From Candidatus Latescibacterota bacterium (GTDB taxonomy: Bacteria > Latescibacterota > UBA2968 > UBA8231): a stretch of 64,000 bases of DNA. This document shows, piece after piece, positions 10,049-19,605 of the stretch. Within the stretch, counting starts at the first letter, position 1. Every line of letters begins with the position of its first letter. Below the pieces are notes generated by a model, which worked only from the letters and a program-made list of their open reading frames with translations, did not search any database and was not told the DNA's origin. The stretch is from NCBI GenBank assembly GCA_965223905.1, contig CBDCXV010000011.1, positions 1 to 64,000 of the forward strand, given 5' to 3'. Position numbers and translations under genes: made by a program.

Positions 10049-10320
10049 CGGTCCCGTAGAACCGGTTTCACGGGCGCGGGCGCCGGCACCGTTTCCGGGC
10101 GCCGCGTCCGCCCGCTGCAGCCCCACCTGTTCATCCCACCGCTGTACCCCGGAATCACTGAAGCTCAGCGCAGATTCCGGGCCCCTTCCCACCCTCTTTC
10201 CTCCATCCATTTCCGGGGACTGCCTGACAGCCCGTTGCCATAGTTGCCCCTGCAGTCGAGGGCGAGGCATGACGGTGGAGGACAAGGCACCCACCGGGGG
10301 CTGCCAGGTCTCCGGCGGCA

Positions 10321-10567
10321 TCATCCCAGTGGCCGGTCGCTCTCGACGATCCTCTTGACCTTGTTGCGGGGCTGAAACTCGACCAGCTCCCGGACCTCGG
10401 GCAGCAGCCGCGAGGTGACCTCCCCGGGGATGGGAAACGGCAGGTTCTCGTCCGTGGAGCCGAGGAACTGCGGCACGTAGCGCATCATCGGGAAGCTGCG
10501 GGGGCGGCCCGACGGCTCCAGGTCAGCATCCCGTGGTCAGCTCCGTCATCACCACCACGTCCCCTGG
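10321..10567 (-). pseudogene. C-terminal remnant of a PhyH-like dioxygenase
   Basis: With two 1-nt indels it reads PGDVVVMTELTHGMLTW.PSGRPRSFPMMRYVPQ...RPLG*, resembling the PhyH second-His motif region. Confidence 0.55.
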
Positions 10568-12286
10568 TCACGCCAGGCCCACCACCTGTCCCTCTTCGTC
10601 GAGGTCGAGGTTCATGAAGGCAGGCCGCGAAGGCAGCCCCGGCATGCGGCGGATCTGCCCGCACAGGGGGACGAGGAAGCCGGCGCCCGCGGAGAGCGCG
10701 ACGTCCCGCACCGGCAGCTCGAAGCCTGAGGGAACCCCCCTCAGCTCGGGGTCGTGGGAAAGCGACAGGTGGGTTTTTGCCATGTTGACGGGAAGGGCTC
10801 CGAAACCGAGCTGCTCGTAGCGCTCAATGCTCTTCTCCGCTTCCGGGGCCAGGGCGACTCCGGACGCTCCGTACACCTGGGTGGCCACGGTTTCCATCTT
10901 CTCGCGCAGCGGCGTCTCCTCCCCGTAGAGGGGCCGGAAGCCCGATCCGGATGCGCAGCATTCGACGACCGCCCGGGCGAGGTCGGCGCCTCCCGCGCCC
11001 CCGCGTTCCCAGACCTCGCAGACGCAGGCGGCCGCGGCCCCGTGGGCGAGCGCCGCCTCGATGACGCGGTCGACCTCGGCGTCGGTGTCGCCGCTGAAGC
11101 GGTTGACGGCGACGACCGCGGGGACCCCGAACCGGCGCACGATGCCGATGTTGGCGGCGAGGTTGGCGAGCCCTTTCTCCAGCCACTCCATCTCCCGGGA
11201 ATCCCCCCGGTCCCTGGCCTTGGCAGGGGCCCCGCCGTGCGACTTGACGGCGCGCACGGTCGCGACGATGACGGCGCAGTCCGGCTCGAGGCCGGAGTAG
11301 CGGCACTTGACGTGGCAGAACTTCTCGAAGCCGCAGTCGGCGCCGAAGCCGCTTTCGGTGACGAGGTACCCCGTTCCCAGCAGGCGCAGGGCGATCTCGT
11401 CGGCGACGATGGAGCTGTTGCCGTGGGCGATGTTGGCGAACGGCCCGGCGTGGACGAGCACCGGGCTGTTCTCCAGCGTCTGCAGCAGGTTGGGCATCAT
11501 CGCGTCCTTGAGCAGGACCGCCATGGCGCCGGCGGCGCCGAGGTCTTCGGCGGTCACCGGGCTTCCGGTTCGGTCGAAGCCGACGACGATGCGTCCCAGC
11601 CGCCGCCGCAGGTCCCCGAGCCCGGAAGCCAGCGCCAGGATCGCCATCACCTCGGAGGCGGCGCTGATGTCGTAGCCGCTGTTGCGGCGCACCCCCTCGC
11701 CGCCTCCGCTGACGACGATGTCGCGCAGGGCGCGGTCTCCCATGTCGACGACCCGCTTCCAGGTGACGGCTTCCGGATCGATGTCGAGCCGCTTCAAGCC
11801 GCGCCGCCGCAACCGCCTGTCGTCGAGGCGCTCCTCGTGGTAGAGGCGGGCGTCGACCGCGGCGGCGAGCAGGCTGTGCGCCGAGGTGACGGCGTGGATG
11901 TCGCCGGTCAGGTGCAGGTTGAGCTCCTCCATCGGGATCACCTGCGCGTGGCCGCCGCCCGCGGCTCCGCCCTTTATGCCGAAGGTCGGTCCCATCGAGG
12001 GCTGCCGGATGGTGGCGATCGAGCGTTCCCCGAGGGCGTTCAGCGCCTGGCTGAGACCGACGGTTGCCGTGGTCTTGCCCTCGCCGTGCGTCGTCGGGGT
12101 CATCGCCGTGACGACGACGTACTTCGCTCCCTCCCGGCGCTCCCGCCGCCCCAGGACGTCGAGGTGGATCTTGGCCTTGTAGCGGCCGTACAGGTCGAGG
12201 TCGTCAGGGGACAGGCCGAGGTCCGCGGCGATGCCGGTTATGTGCCTTGGGGTCGTCGCCCGGGCGATGTCGAGGTCGCTTCTCAC
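10568..12286 (-). CDS. fhs: Formate--tetrahydrofolate ligase
   Basis: YGRYKAKI, TPTTHGEGKTT, RQPSMGPTFGIKGGAAGGG, HAGPFANIAHGNSS, MPGLP. GTG start overlaps upstream TGA. Confidence 0.97.
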   Translation of the reverse strand: MRSDLDIARATTPRHITGIAADLGLSPDDLDLYGRYKAKIHLDVLGRRERREGAKYVVVTAMTPTTHGEGKTTATVGLSQALNALGERSIATIRQPSMGPTFGIKGGAAGGGHAQVIPMEELNLHLTGDIHAVTSAHSLLAAAVDARLYHEERLDDRRLRRRGLKRLDIDPEAVTWKRVVDMGDRALRDIVVSGGGEGVRRNSGYDISAASEVMAILALASGLGDLRRRLGRIVVGFDRTGSPVTAEDLGAAGAMAVLLKDAMMPNLLQTLENSPVLVHAGPFANIAHGNSSIVADEIALRLLGTGYLVTESGFGADCGFEKFCHVKCRYSGLEPDCAVIVATVRAVKSHGGAPAKARDRGDSREMEWLEKGLANLAANIGIVRRFGVPAVVAVNRFSGDTDAEVDRVIEAALAHGAAAACVCEVWERGGAGGADLARAVVECCASGSGFRPLYGEETPLREKMETVATQVYGASGVALAPEAEKSIERYEQLGFGALPVNMAKTHLSLSHDPELRGVPSGFELPVRDVALSAGAGFLVPLCGQIRRMPGLPSRPAFMNLDLDEEGQVVGLA

Positions 12287-13365
12287 CGGCGTTGGTCCGG
12301 GGCTTCGGTGAGGATCTCCGACACTGCCTGCGGTCTGCCCTCGGCATCCCCGCCCAGCCAGCGGTAGGTCCGCGGCTTCAGCTCCAGGGAGCGGTCCTCG
12401 AGCGGCAGCGATACCGGGACGTTCCCCAACAGGGCGGACTGCTTGCAGGCGATGGCGACCTCGAGGGCGTGGCGCAGGTTGTCGCCGGAGATGTAGAGCT
12501 CCCCCTCGCCGGCCACGGTCGCCAGGAAGGACCGCAGGGAGCTGGCCATGTAGTAGAACTGGGGCCAGTCGTGCTTCTCGTACTCGAACTCGAGCCGGCG
12601 GCGCTCGCCGCCGGCCTCGAACCCCTGGTATACCTCCGGCGGGTTCCAGTCCCAGCGCACCAGGCCCTCCCCGGTCCAGACGTCGACCCCCCTCGAGGGA
12701 GTGGTCTGGCCGAAGACCTGGCATTCGAGACCGGAGGAGAGGCGGAAGCGCCCGTTGACGACCAGCCCGTCGTCCTCACGGGCCAGCGCCTCGGTCGGCG
12801 ACCCCCAGGCGGTCACCTCCTCGACGACGGCGTCGGCGAACAGGGTGAGAACGCAGATGTGCTGGCACCCGCCCCCGGAGATCTCGCCTCCGAAGGAATG
12901 CACCGAGGCGCCGATCAGCTCCCCGAGCTCGCCGCTGCGGAGGAACCGGCGGCTCGCCTCCTGCACTTCGTGCATGGCCCGCTGCAGGTTGCCCCCTCCG
13001 TACACGACCCCGCGCGACTCGCAGGCGGCGATCATCTCGTCGGCGTCGGAGAGCCGGGCTGCCATCGGCTTGTCCGTGGTGACCCCCCTGACCCCGGCTT
13101 CGGCGCAGGCGATGACCGCGTCCTTCATGTACTTGGTAGGCGTCACCACCGAGGCGACGTCGGGGACGATCTCCTTCAGCAGGCTGTCGGCGTCGGGGAA
13201 GAGGGCGTCGACGCCGAACACCTCGCCGACGCGCCGCCGGCGCTCCGGGTTGTGCTCGGCGATGGCGACGATCTCGGTGTCGGGGAAGGTGTGGTAGCAC
13301 CAACCGTAATGCTGTCCCAGGCGGCCGCAACCGATGATGGCGGCCTTGTATCTGCTGTCGCTCAT
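12283..13365 (-). CDS. Gfo/Idh/MocA-family oxidoreductase
   Basis: AAIIGCGRLG Rossmann motif, DVASVVTP, DKPMA. Confidence 0.9.
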   Translation of the reverse strand: MSDSRYKAAIIGCGRLGQHYGWCYHTFPDTEIVAIAEHNPERRRRVGEVFGVDALFPDADSLLKEIVPDVASVVTPTKYMKDAVIACAEAGVRGVTTDKPMAARLSDADEMIAACESRGVVYGGGNLQRAMHEVQEASRRFLRSGELGELIGASVHSFGGEISGGGCQHICVLTLFADAVVEEVTAWGSPTEALAREDDGLVVNGRFRLSSGLECQVFGQTTPSRGVDVWTGEGLVRWDWNPPEVYQGFEAGGERRRLEFEYEKHDWPQFYYMASSLRSFLATVAGEGELYISGDNLRHALEVAIACKQSALLGNVPVSLPLEDRSLELKPRTYRWLGGDAEGRPQAVSEILTEAPDQRR

Positions 13366-13457
13366 TGGGTGACTCCCGGTTGCCGGAGCTGTGGGAATGG
13401 GCTACTACTTGAGAGGCAACGGTATACTGCCAAAGCGGATTGGAGAGACTAAACGGC

Positions 13458-14498
13458 GTGAAAGGACTCGTCAAATACGCGCGCGGACCGGGAAACATGG
13501 AGGTTCGCGAGGTGGCCGAACCGGTCCCGGGGCCGGGGGAAGTGCTGGTCGAGGTCGAGGCCGCGGGCATCTGCGGCTCCGACCTGCACGTGTACGAGGA
13601 CGCGATAGCGATCCCGATCCGCGTGCCCGTCGTCGTCGGCCACGAGTTCAGCGGGGTGGTGGCCGCGGTCGGCGAGGAGGTCGGGTCCATCGCCCCGGGG
13701 ATGCGCGTCACCGCCCTGCCGAGCGTGCGCATCTGCGGCGCCTGCCGCTACTGCCGCCGCGGCGCGATCAATCTCTGCCTGCGCCGCGAGTCGATGGGGT
13801 ACTGGCACGACGGCTCGTTCGCGCCCCTGTGCGTGGCGCCCGAGCGCTGCATTCGCGAGCTGCCGGCAAACGTCGGCTTCCGCGCCGCGGCCCTGAGCGA
13901 GCCCCTGGCCTGCGCCGTGCACGCGGTGGTTGAGCTGACCCGGGTGTCGGCAGGCGACCTCGTCGCCGTGGTCGGGCCGGGCAGCATCGGCCTGCTCTGC
14001 CTGCAGGTGGCCCTCGCCGAAGGAGGCAGGGCGGTGGTTCTCGGCCGCCGGTGGGACCGCAAGCGGCTCGAGCTGGCGCTGCGGCTGGGGGCGGAGCGCG
14101 CCGTCGTGGTGGAAGAAGAGGAGGCCGGGGAGGTCGTCGCCGGGCTCTCGGGCGGGTACGGCGCAGACGTCGTTCTCGAGTGCTCGGGGCATCCGTCCGG
14201 CGCCGCCCTGGCCCTGAAGTTGGTTCGCAAGCAGGGGAAGTACACCCAGGTCGGCCTGTTCGGCGCCCCGGTCGAGATCGACCTCGAGGCGGTGGCGGTC
14301 AAGGAGCTGTGCTTCACCGGATCGTTCGGCCAGCAGCCCACCTCCTGGAGCCGCGCCCTCGAGCTGATGCGCAGGGGAAGGGTGGACACGGAGGCGCTGA
14401 TCTCGCACCGGCTTCCCCTGGCCGAATGGCGCGAGGCGTTCTCCCTGTTCGAGCGGCAGGAAGGGGTCAAGCTGCTGCTCGACGTGCGCGGGCAATGA
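13458..14498 (+). CDS. Zinc-binding (sorbitol/iditol-type) alcohol dehydrogenase
   Basis: GICGSDLH, GHEFSG, CGACRYC..C, EPLAC, GPGSIG. Confidence 0.93.
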   Translation: MKGLVKYARGPGNMEVREVAEPVPGPGEVLVEVEAAGICGSDLHVYEDAIAIPIRVPVVVGHEFSGVVAAVGEEVGSIAPGMRVTALPSVRICGACRYCRRGAINLCLRRESMGYWHDGSFAPLCVAPERCIRELPANVGFRAAALSEPLACAVHAVVELTRVSAGDLVAVVGPGSIGLLCLQVALAEGGRAVVLGRRWDRKRLELALRLGAERAVVVEEEEAGEVVAGLSGGYGADVVLECSGHPSGAALALKLVRKQGKYTQVGLFGAPVEIDLEAVAVKELCFTGSFGQQPTSWSRALELMRRGRVDTEALISHRLPLAEWREAFSLFERQEGVKLLLDVRGQ

Positions 14499-14760
14499 CC
14501 GGGGTTATCCCGGCGGATGGAGCCGTACGGATTGGCCTGGTTTGAGTGAGTCGAGTGATCCCCCTCGAGATAGTCCACGAGGGTTCCCACCGGAACCCGG
14601 GTGCCGGCGAATACCAGATCGCCGCCAGTCTCTCTATTCTATTGCGAAAAGCGAAAGCAAGAGAAGGTTAAAGGTCTGGGCTTGGTTTCTCCCAAAAGTT
14701 TTGCGGAACCTGGATCTTCACACCCGACCATCCCAACCTCGAAAAGCCACGGGCCGACCG

Positions 14761-15939
14761 GTGAATGAACTGAGAGAAAAGATCGAGGCCGCGGTCAACC
14801 GCGACCGCCTGCTGGAGACGGCCACGGCCCTCATCGAGGTCCCCAGCCCTACCTTGAGCGCCGGGGCTGTCGCCGGCCGCTTCGACGAGCTGCTTCGGGC
14901 CGACGGCTTCGAGGTCGAGCGCCCGGTCTGCGACTGGCCGGAGTCCCCGGCGGTGGTGGCGCGCCTGGGTTTCGGAGAGGGCGGGCGCGTCCTGCAGGTG
15001 GACGGCCACCTCGACACCGTGCACCTGCCTTTCGTGCCCCCGCGCGTCGAGGACGGCGTGCTCTACGGCTCCGGCTGCTCCGACATGAAGGGGGGCATCG
15101 CCGCGGCCGTGGAGGCGATGCGAGTGCTGCGGGAATGCGGCGCCCCGCAGTCCGGGGGGATGCTGCTGACCGCCCACGACCAGCACGAGGGGCCGTGGGG
15201 GGACGGCAGGCAGATGAAGGCCCTGATCGCCGCCGGCTACCTCGGGGACGGGGTGTTGCTGCCTGAATACCTCGCCGACTTCCTCCCGGTGGCCGGCCGC
15301 GGCATGTTCATCTTCGAGATCTCGATCACCCGGGACGGGGTGCCGGTGCACGAGGTGCTGCGGCCGCAGGGGCTGCCGGACGTCGTCGCCGCCGGGGCCG
15401 GGCTGGTGTCCCGCTTCCACCGCGAGAACGAGCGCCTTCGCGAGATCACGCACAGGTACACCGGCTGCGACAGCTTCTTCGTCGGTTTCCTGCAGGGGGG
15501 CGAGATATACAACCAGTCGCCGCTCTCGTGCGAGGTGAAGGGGACGCGCCGCTGGGTGACCCCGGGTCACGCCGACAGGGCGCGGGGCGAGTTCCGCCGG
15601 CTCCTGGACGAGGTCGCCGAAAACAGCGGCGCCGCGGTCCGGTCGCAGGAGGTGTTTCCCGGAGACGCCTTCGAGATCGGCCTCGACAACCCGCTGGTGA
15701 CGGCGTTTCAACAGGCCCACCGCGACGTCACCGGCGCCGAGCTGCCGGTGGGGGCCAAGCCGTTCGTCGACGACGGCAACACCTTCGTTGCCAAGGGGGG
15801 CGTGCCCGCCCTCACCCATGGGCCCGCGGCCACCGGGGCGCACACCCTGAACGAGCAGGTGCCGGTCGCCGAGCTGGAGCGTTTGGCCCGGGTGTACGCG
15901 CTTACCGCGGTGAACTTCTGCGGCGAAAACGGGGAGTGA
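14761..15939 (+). CDS. M20 metallo-amidohydrolase (ArgE/DapE-like)
   Basis: GHLDTV, LYGSGCSDMKGG, GP..TGAHTLNE. GTG start at 14761. Confidence 0.88.
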   Translation: MNELREKIEAAVNRDRLLETATALIEVPSPTLSAGAVAGRFDELLRADGFEVERPVCDWPESPAVVARLGFGEGGRVLQVDGHLDTVHLPFVPPRVEDGVLYGSGCSDMKGGIAAAVEAMRVLRECGAPQSGGMLLTAHDQHEGPWGDGRQMKALIAAGYLGDGVLLPEYLADFLPVAGRGMFIFEISITRDGVPVHEVLRPQGLPDVVAAGAGLVSRFHRENERLREITHRYTGCDSFFVGFLQGGEIYNQSPLSCEVKGTRRWVTPGHADRARGEFRRLLDEVAENSGAAVRSQEVFPGDAFEIGLDNPLVTAFQQAHRDVTGAELPVGAKPFVDDGNTFVAKGGVPALTHGPAATGAHTLNEQVPVAELERLARVYALTAVNFCGENGE

Positions 15940-15943
15940 GGTA

Positions 15944-17287
15944 ATGGGAATGAAGACGGTCAGCGAGCGCCACCGGAAGCTCCTCGCCAACACCTTCCTC
16001 GACTACCAGGCGACTGCCGACTTCCTGAAGAACCCGCTGATCGTCGAGCGCGCCGAGGGCTGCTACTACTGGGACGTCGACGGCAGGCGCTATTTCGACG
16101 GCATCAGCGGCGTCTACTCGGTGCTGCTCGGGCACGGTCATCCCGCGGTGCACGAGGCGATCCGCAGGCAGATGGACCGCCTCTGCTTCGCCCCGCCGAT
16201 GCACGGCACCTCCGACGTGACCCTCGACTTCGTCGAGAAGGTCGGCAGCGTCACCCCCGGCGACCTCAACTTCGTCAAGTCCTTCAGCGGCGGCTCGGAG
16301 TCGATCGAGGCGGCGATCAAGTTCTCCCGGCAGTACTTCAAGCAGACCGGGCACCCCGGCAAGTACAAGTTCATCAGCCGCTACCAGGGCTACCACGGCG
16401 GCACCACCGGGGCGATGGCGGCCAGCGGCACCGGGGCGCGCAAGACCCCCTTCGAGCCCGAGCCGGCCGGTTTCCTCAAGGTCTTCCCGCCGACCCACTT
16501 CCGCGACCGCTTCTCCGACTGGGAGGAGTGCAACCGCTTCAGCGCGCGCCTGTTCGAGGACGTCATCCTCGCCGAGGACCCGGACACGGTGGCCGGCGTC
16601 ATCATGGAGCCGATCACCAACACCGGCGGCATCATCACCCCGACCGAAGAGTACTTCCGCATCGTGCGCGACATCTGCGACCGCCACGAGGTGCTGCTGA
16701 TCTTCGACGAGATCATCACCGGCTTCGGGCGCACCGGCTCGATGTTCGCCGCCCAGACCTTCGGGGTCACCCCCGACATCATCTGCGGCGGCAAGGGGCT
16801 GTCCGGGGGGACGGTCCCGCTCGGGGCGATGATGGCCCGCGAAGGGATGGGTGAGGCCTTCGACGCCGGGGAGGGGTCGAACTTCGCCCACGGCCACACC
16901 TACGCCGGGCACCCGCTGGGATGCGCCGCCGGGATCGCTGTCATCGACGAGATCGTCGCCCGGGGCTGGGACCGCAACGCCCGCGAGGTCGGCGACTACC
17001 TGGCGGCCAGGCTGGAGGGGTTGGGGAAGTACGGGGTCGTGCGGGAGGTGCGCGGCCGCGGCCTGTTTCGCGGGGTCGAGCTGGTCAGGGACACCGCCAG
17101 CATGGAGCCGTTTCCCGAGCTGGGACGGGCGCTGAAGAAAACCGCGCTCGACAGCGGCGTCATCCTGCGGGTCGACCCCACCTGGTTCGCCGTCGGTCCG
17201 GCGTTGACCTGCAGCCGCGACGAGATCGACGAGCTGGTCGATCTGACCGAACGCGCCCTGGTGAAGGCCCTGGAAGCGGTCTCCTGA
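15944..17287 (+). CDS. Class III PLP aminotransferase
   Basis: SGGSESIE, YHGGT, LLIFDEIITGFGRTG, PDIICGGKGLSGG, HGHTYAGHP. Confidence 0.95.
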   Translation: MGMKTVSERHRKLLANTFLDYQATADFLKNPLIVERAEGCYYWDVDGRRYFDGISGVYSVLLGHGHPAVHEAIRRQMDRLCFAPPMHGTSDVTLDFVEKVGSVTPGDLNFVKSFSGGSESIEAAIKFSRQYFKQTGHPGKYKFISRYQGYHGGTTGAMAASGTGARKTPFEPEPAGFLKVFPPTHFRDRFSDWEECNRFSARLFEDVILAEDPDTVAGVIMEPITNTGGIITPTEEYFRIVRDICDRHEVLLIFDEIITGFGRTGSMFAAQTFGVTPDIICGGKGLSGGTVPLGAMMAREGMGEAFDAGEGSNFAHGHTYAGHPLGCAAGIAVIDEIVARGWDRNAREVGDYLAARLEGLGKYGVVREVRGRGLFRGVELVRDTASMEPFPELGRALKKTALDSGVILRVDPTWFAVGPALTCSRDEIDELVDLTERALVKALEAVS

Positions 17288-17407
17288 CCTTCAGGCTGAA
17301 CTGCTATCCTCAAGGCCGGGTGGCGACCCGGACCCCTGGTCCGGAAATCCCTCTTGAGCCGCCGGATAAAGAGTTTTTCGGCGGAAACCATCCGGCAGGG
17401 TCATTTT

Positions 17408-17450
17408 TTGCATCGGAGTTACGGAATCAGTAACTTCAACTTCGCTGCAA
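17408..17450 (+). promoter_or_regulatory. Candidate abiE promoter with overlapping inverted-repeat operator
   Basis: TTGCAT-17 nt-TAACTT; inverted repeat AGTTAC-ggaatca-GTAACT nested in TTGCA...TGCAA just before the ATG. Confidence 0.45.
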
Positions 17451-17451
17451 G

Positions 17452-18111
17452 ATGAAAAAATTAACTGAGCAAGTCATTCGCTTATCTCCCCCGGGAGGGC
17501 TCTTCGACCGTACCGTCGTGCGCAACCTGTTCCCGGATGCGTCCGAAGGGGCCTTGAAGCAGTTGATTCACCGGGCCGCCGCCGCCGGCGAGGTTATGCG
17601 ACTCAAACGGGGGCTGTTCCTGCTGGACAAGGTGTTCCGCAAGTCGGAGCTCCACCCCTTTGCCATTGCCTCCGTGTTGCATGCTCCGTCGCATATCAGC
17701 CTGGAAACCGCCCTCTGGCACCACGGCCTGATTCCCGAAGCCCTCTACCAGATCAGCAGCGTTACGGCTGCCCGAAGCCGGACTTATTCCACGCCCGTCG
17801 GGGTCTTCTCATTCGACCGGGTCCCATCCTCCAATCCCCGGGCCGGAGTCGAGGCGACCCGGTTGGAAGGCGGGGAGTGGGCGTTCATCGCCTCCCCCTT
17901 GCGCGCCATTGCCGATTCCGTGTACCTGCACCGGGAAATCGACTGGGGGCGGGTTGGTCCGGGTTTCTGCACCGAGTCCCTGCGGATCGAGGAAGAGGAT
18001 CTCGCCCGGATCTCCTTCGTGCATCTCGAGGAAATCTGCGATGCCGTGAGCAATCGCCGGACGAGGGCGTATCTCGAGGGACTGGAGAGGACCGTAAGGC
18101 AGGTTCGATGA
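17452..18111 (+). CDS. abiEi: Type IV toxin-antitoxin AbiEi-family antitoxin
   Basis: N-terminal wHTH (RLKRGLF), PSHISLETALWHHGLIPE, ASPLRAIAD. Confidence 0.8.
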   Translation: MKKLTEQVIRLSPPGGLFDRTVVRNLFPDASEGALKQLIHRAAAAGEVMRLKRGLFLLDKVFRKSELHPFAIASVLHAPSHISLETALWHHGLIPEALYQISSVTAARSRTYSTPVGVFSFDRVPSSNPRAGVEATRLEGGEWAFIASPLRAIADSVYLHREIDWGRVGPGFCTESLRIEEEDLARISFVHLEEICDAVSNRRTRAYLEGLERTVRQVR

Positions 18112-18260
18112 CTCGGTCGCGGTAAGGCTGCGCGAATTTCCTCCAGGCAATGCGGTGGAAATCGACTGGGAAGTCGCCCGCAGCGATGTGCAGCGCTTTC
18201 TGCCGACAAGGGAGCAAGAGGGTTTGCCGCTGTGGAGCGAGGAGTTCTTCCGCCCGGGGG
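18101..18260 (+). pseudogene. AbiEii toxin remnant with large internal deletion
   Basis: One frame reads FDDSVAVRLREFPPGNAVE fused directly to IDWEVARSDVQRFLPTREQEGLPLWSEEFF, resembling AbiEii N- and C-termini without the nucleotidyltransferase core. Confidence 0.65.
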
Positions 18261-18296
18261 GCAGGGGCCTCCCCGCGAGCGGACGGGGCCATTCTC

Positions 18297-19604
18297 TCAG
18301 GCCGGCCCTTCTTCCTGCCGGGCGGCGCGGGCCCCTTCCCGCTCGTCGACGAAAAGCAGCAGGGCCCCGCCGACGACGAAGAAGAAGATGAGCGAAACGA
18401 TGCCGAGGCGGCTGCCGCCGGTCAACTGGCTGACCACCCCGAAAACCAGCGGGCCGAAGATGCCGGCGAAACGGGAGCTGGTGCTGTAGAAGCCGAAGAA
18501 CTCCGCCGACCTCGCACGGGGAATCATCGAGGCGTAGAGCGAGCGGCTCAGCGCCTGCGTGCCCCCCTGAACCATGCCGACCAGCCCCGCCAGGATGTAG
18601 AAGTGGAGGGCGGTCTGCATGAAATAGCCCGCCACCGAGATCAGCCCGTACACCCCCAGGCCGGCGAGGATCGAGCGCTTGGTCCCCAGGACCCGCGCCA
18701 GCCTGCCGAACAGGAAGGTGCAGGGGATGCCGATCAACTGCGTCAGGACCAGGGCGGAAATCAGCTCGTTGCGGCCGATGCCGACCTCGTCCCCGTAGGC
18801 GATCGCCATCTTGATGATGGTGCCGATGCCGTCGTTGTAGAGCCAGAAGGCGGCGAGAAACAGCAGCAGCTGGCGGTGGCGGCGCACCTGGCGGAAGGTG
18901 CTCGCCAGACGCGCTAACGCGGCCCCCACCACGTTCCCTTGCCTTGCCTCGGTCCGGGGCCGCCGCGGCTCCTCGACGCGGCGCATCAGGGGAACGGTGA
19001 AGACCGCCCACCAGACGGCGACGCTGAAGAAGGTCAGGCGCAGCGCGAACCCGGTGCCGGGAAGCAGGAACCAGCCGGGGTGCATGACCCAGAGCAGGTT
19101 GAAGATCAGCAGGATGCCGCCGCCGACGTACCCCATGGCGTAGCCGCGGGTCGAGACGCGGTCGAGGTCCCCGGGGCGCGCCACGTGCGGCAGCAGCGAC
19201 TCGTAGAAGATGTTGCCGGCGGCGAAACCGATGTTGCCGGCAATGAAGAGGAGGGACCCGGTCAGGTAGCTGTCGTCGCCGAGGAAGACGAAGAGGGCGG
19301 AGGCGCAGACCCCGAGGCCGGCGAAGAAGGCGAGGAAGCGCTTCTTGCTTTCGACCTGGTCGCAGAACGACCCGAGGGGAGGCCCGATGACGGCGACTAT
19401 GAGCAGGGCGAGCGAGGTGGTGTACGCCCAGGCCGCGGTGGCGTCCGCCTCGCCGAGGCCGGCGCTGGTCGCCATCGACCGGTAGAAGAGGGGGAAGACC
19501 CCGGCCATGATGGTGGTGGCGAAGGCGGAGTTGCCCCAGTCGTAGAGGCACCAGGCGTTGACCTGCCTGCGGTACTCGCGCTCGCTGGCTGCGGCTGCGG
19601 TCAT
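18297..19604 (-). CDS. MFS transporter, UMF1/ATG22 family
   Basis: AWCLYDWGNSAF, FYESLLP, GYAMGYVGG, QALSRSLYA, EFFGFY. Confidence 0.92.
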   Translation of the reverse strand: MTAAAASEREYRRQVNAWCLYDWGNSAFATTIMAGVFPLFYRSMATSAGLGEADATAAWAYTTSLALLIVAVIGPPLGSFCDQVESKKRFLAFFAGLGVCASALFVFLGDDSYLTGSLLFIAGNIGFAAGNIFYESLLPHVARPGDLDRVSTRGYAMGYVGGGILLIFNLLWVMHPGWFLLPGTGFALRLTFFSVAVWWAVFTVPLMRRVEEPRRPRTEARQGNVVGAALARLASTFRQVRRHRQLLLFLAAFWLYNDGIGTIIKMAIAYGDEVGIGRNELISALVLTQLIGIPCTFLFGRLARVLGTKRSILAGLGVYGLISVAGYFMQTALHFYILAGLVGMVQGGTQALSRSLYASMIPRARSAEFFGFYSTSSRFAGIFGPLVFGVVSQLTGGSRLGIVSLIFFFVVGGALLLFVDEREGARAARQEEGPA

Positions 19605-19605
19605 G

